A stretch of 64,000 nt of DNA from Mustelus asterias (lineage: Eukaryota): assembly GCF_964213995.1 (NCBI RefSeq), contig NC_135812.1:77190001-77254000 (forward strand), read 5' to 3'. The notes below the pieces were generated by a model. It worked only from the letters and a program-made list of their open reading frames with translations. It had not been told where the DNA came from and searched no databases. Position numbers and translations under genes: made by a program. Below are positions 63,401 through 64,000 of this stretch, one piece after another (within the stretch, counting starts at the first letter, position 1; every line of letters begins with the position of its first letter).

Positions 63401-63429
63401 CTCATCATACACACACACATCTCTCTCAC

Positions 63430-63965
63430 TCACTCCACAGTTTGGGAACCCCTACCCTGGACTTAAAGAGGTCTTTCAAACACTGATTTGTAGAAGAGTG
63501 AATTGGGGTTGATCCTGTGTTGGATCTCCTGATCGAGTGTCCTTTGAGAGGGGTGGGTGAGGTACAGGAAGTGCTGAGGTACAGGGAATGCTCAACATAT
63601 TTCAGGGTCTCTTTTTCAGTATATGCAGGCATATTTGATCGACCAGGTGTGGGTTGATATGAGTTTGTTAAAGGCAACATTCAAGGAAAAGTTTCTTGTA
63701 TGCAGAATTGAAGCGATCAAGAGGGCTTGGAAAACTGCTACAGAGTGGGCAAAAAATACTGCAGTCGTCCACAAACTGTAGAGTATATATACCTACGGTT
63801 GTCATACCGTACAGAGGAATTGATGTTACTGTACTCCTATACTCCTGTACTGCAGCGAAATCTGGAATGTGTAGCAGCGACACATAAACATGCTGGAGAA
63901 ATCCCAGCAGCAATGTCTCCACCACATTCTCTGGGGTCAGTGGGAGGACCAATGTGGTGTCTTTC
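63430..63965 (+). mobile_element. RTE-clade LINE fragment
   Basis: Plus-strand peptide PILLYCSEIWNV..RHINMLEKSQQQCLHHILWGQWED matches the RTE LLYGSETW..LE.F.Q.CLR.IL...W.D pattern. Confidence 0.75.
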
Positions 63966-64000
63966 TTGAAGTGGAGATGCCGGCGTTGGACTGGGATGAA

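Overview
Eukaryotic (vertebrate) genomic DNA, almost certainly a shark or ray, judged from HE1-type V-SINEs with CR1/HER1 tails, SacSINE1-like DeuSINE remnants and dense CR1 and Penelope debris. It carries the gene block known from human 17q21.33. MRPL27 exons 1-2 lie on the minus strand (the rest is left of the window), head-to-head with a complete EME1 (plus strand, 8 coding exons, about 620 aa). LRRC59 is complete on the minus strand (7 exons, 308 aa), and a probable first exon of ACSF2 lies on the plus strand. Most remaining sequence is nested retroelements (CR1, L2/CR1-group, Vingi-like, RTE, Penelope, Gmr1-like Gypsy, solo LTRs, several SINE families). The most unusual item is a head-to-tail dimer of a ~300-bp unit at 34294-34902. 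It starts with the U2 snRNA 5' end, repeats U2 stem-loop I, and carries hairpins that covary between the two copies, so it is a candidate U2-derived SINE or structured RNA. Also notable are a near-perfect 382-bp inverted duplication in the EME1 5' intron whose copy splits a SINE, a second 52-bp templated inverted insertion, and Penelope ends with minimal hammerhead ribozyme cores. Exon coordinates were read by hand from splice sites. Repeat boundaries are approximate and family names come from recognition, not database search.
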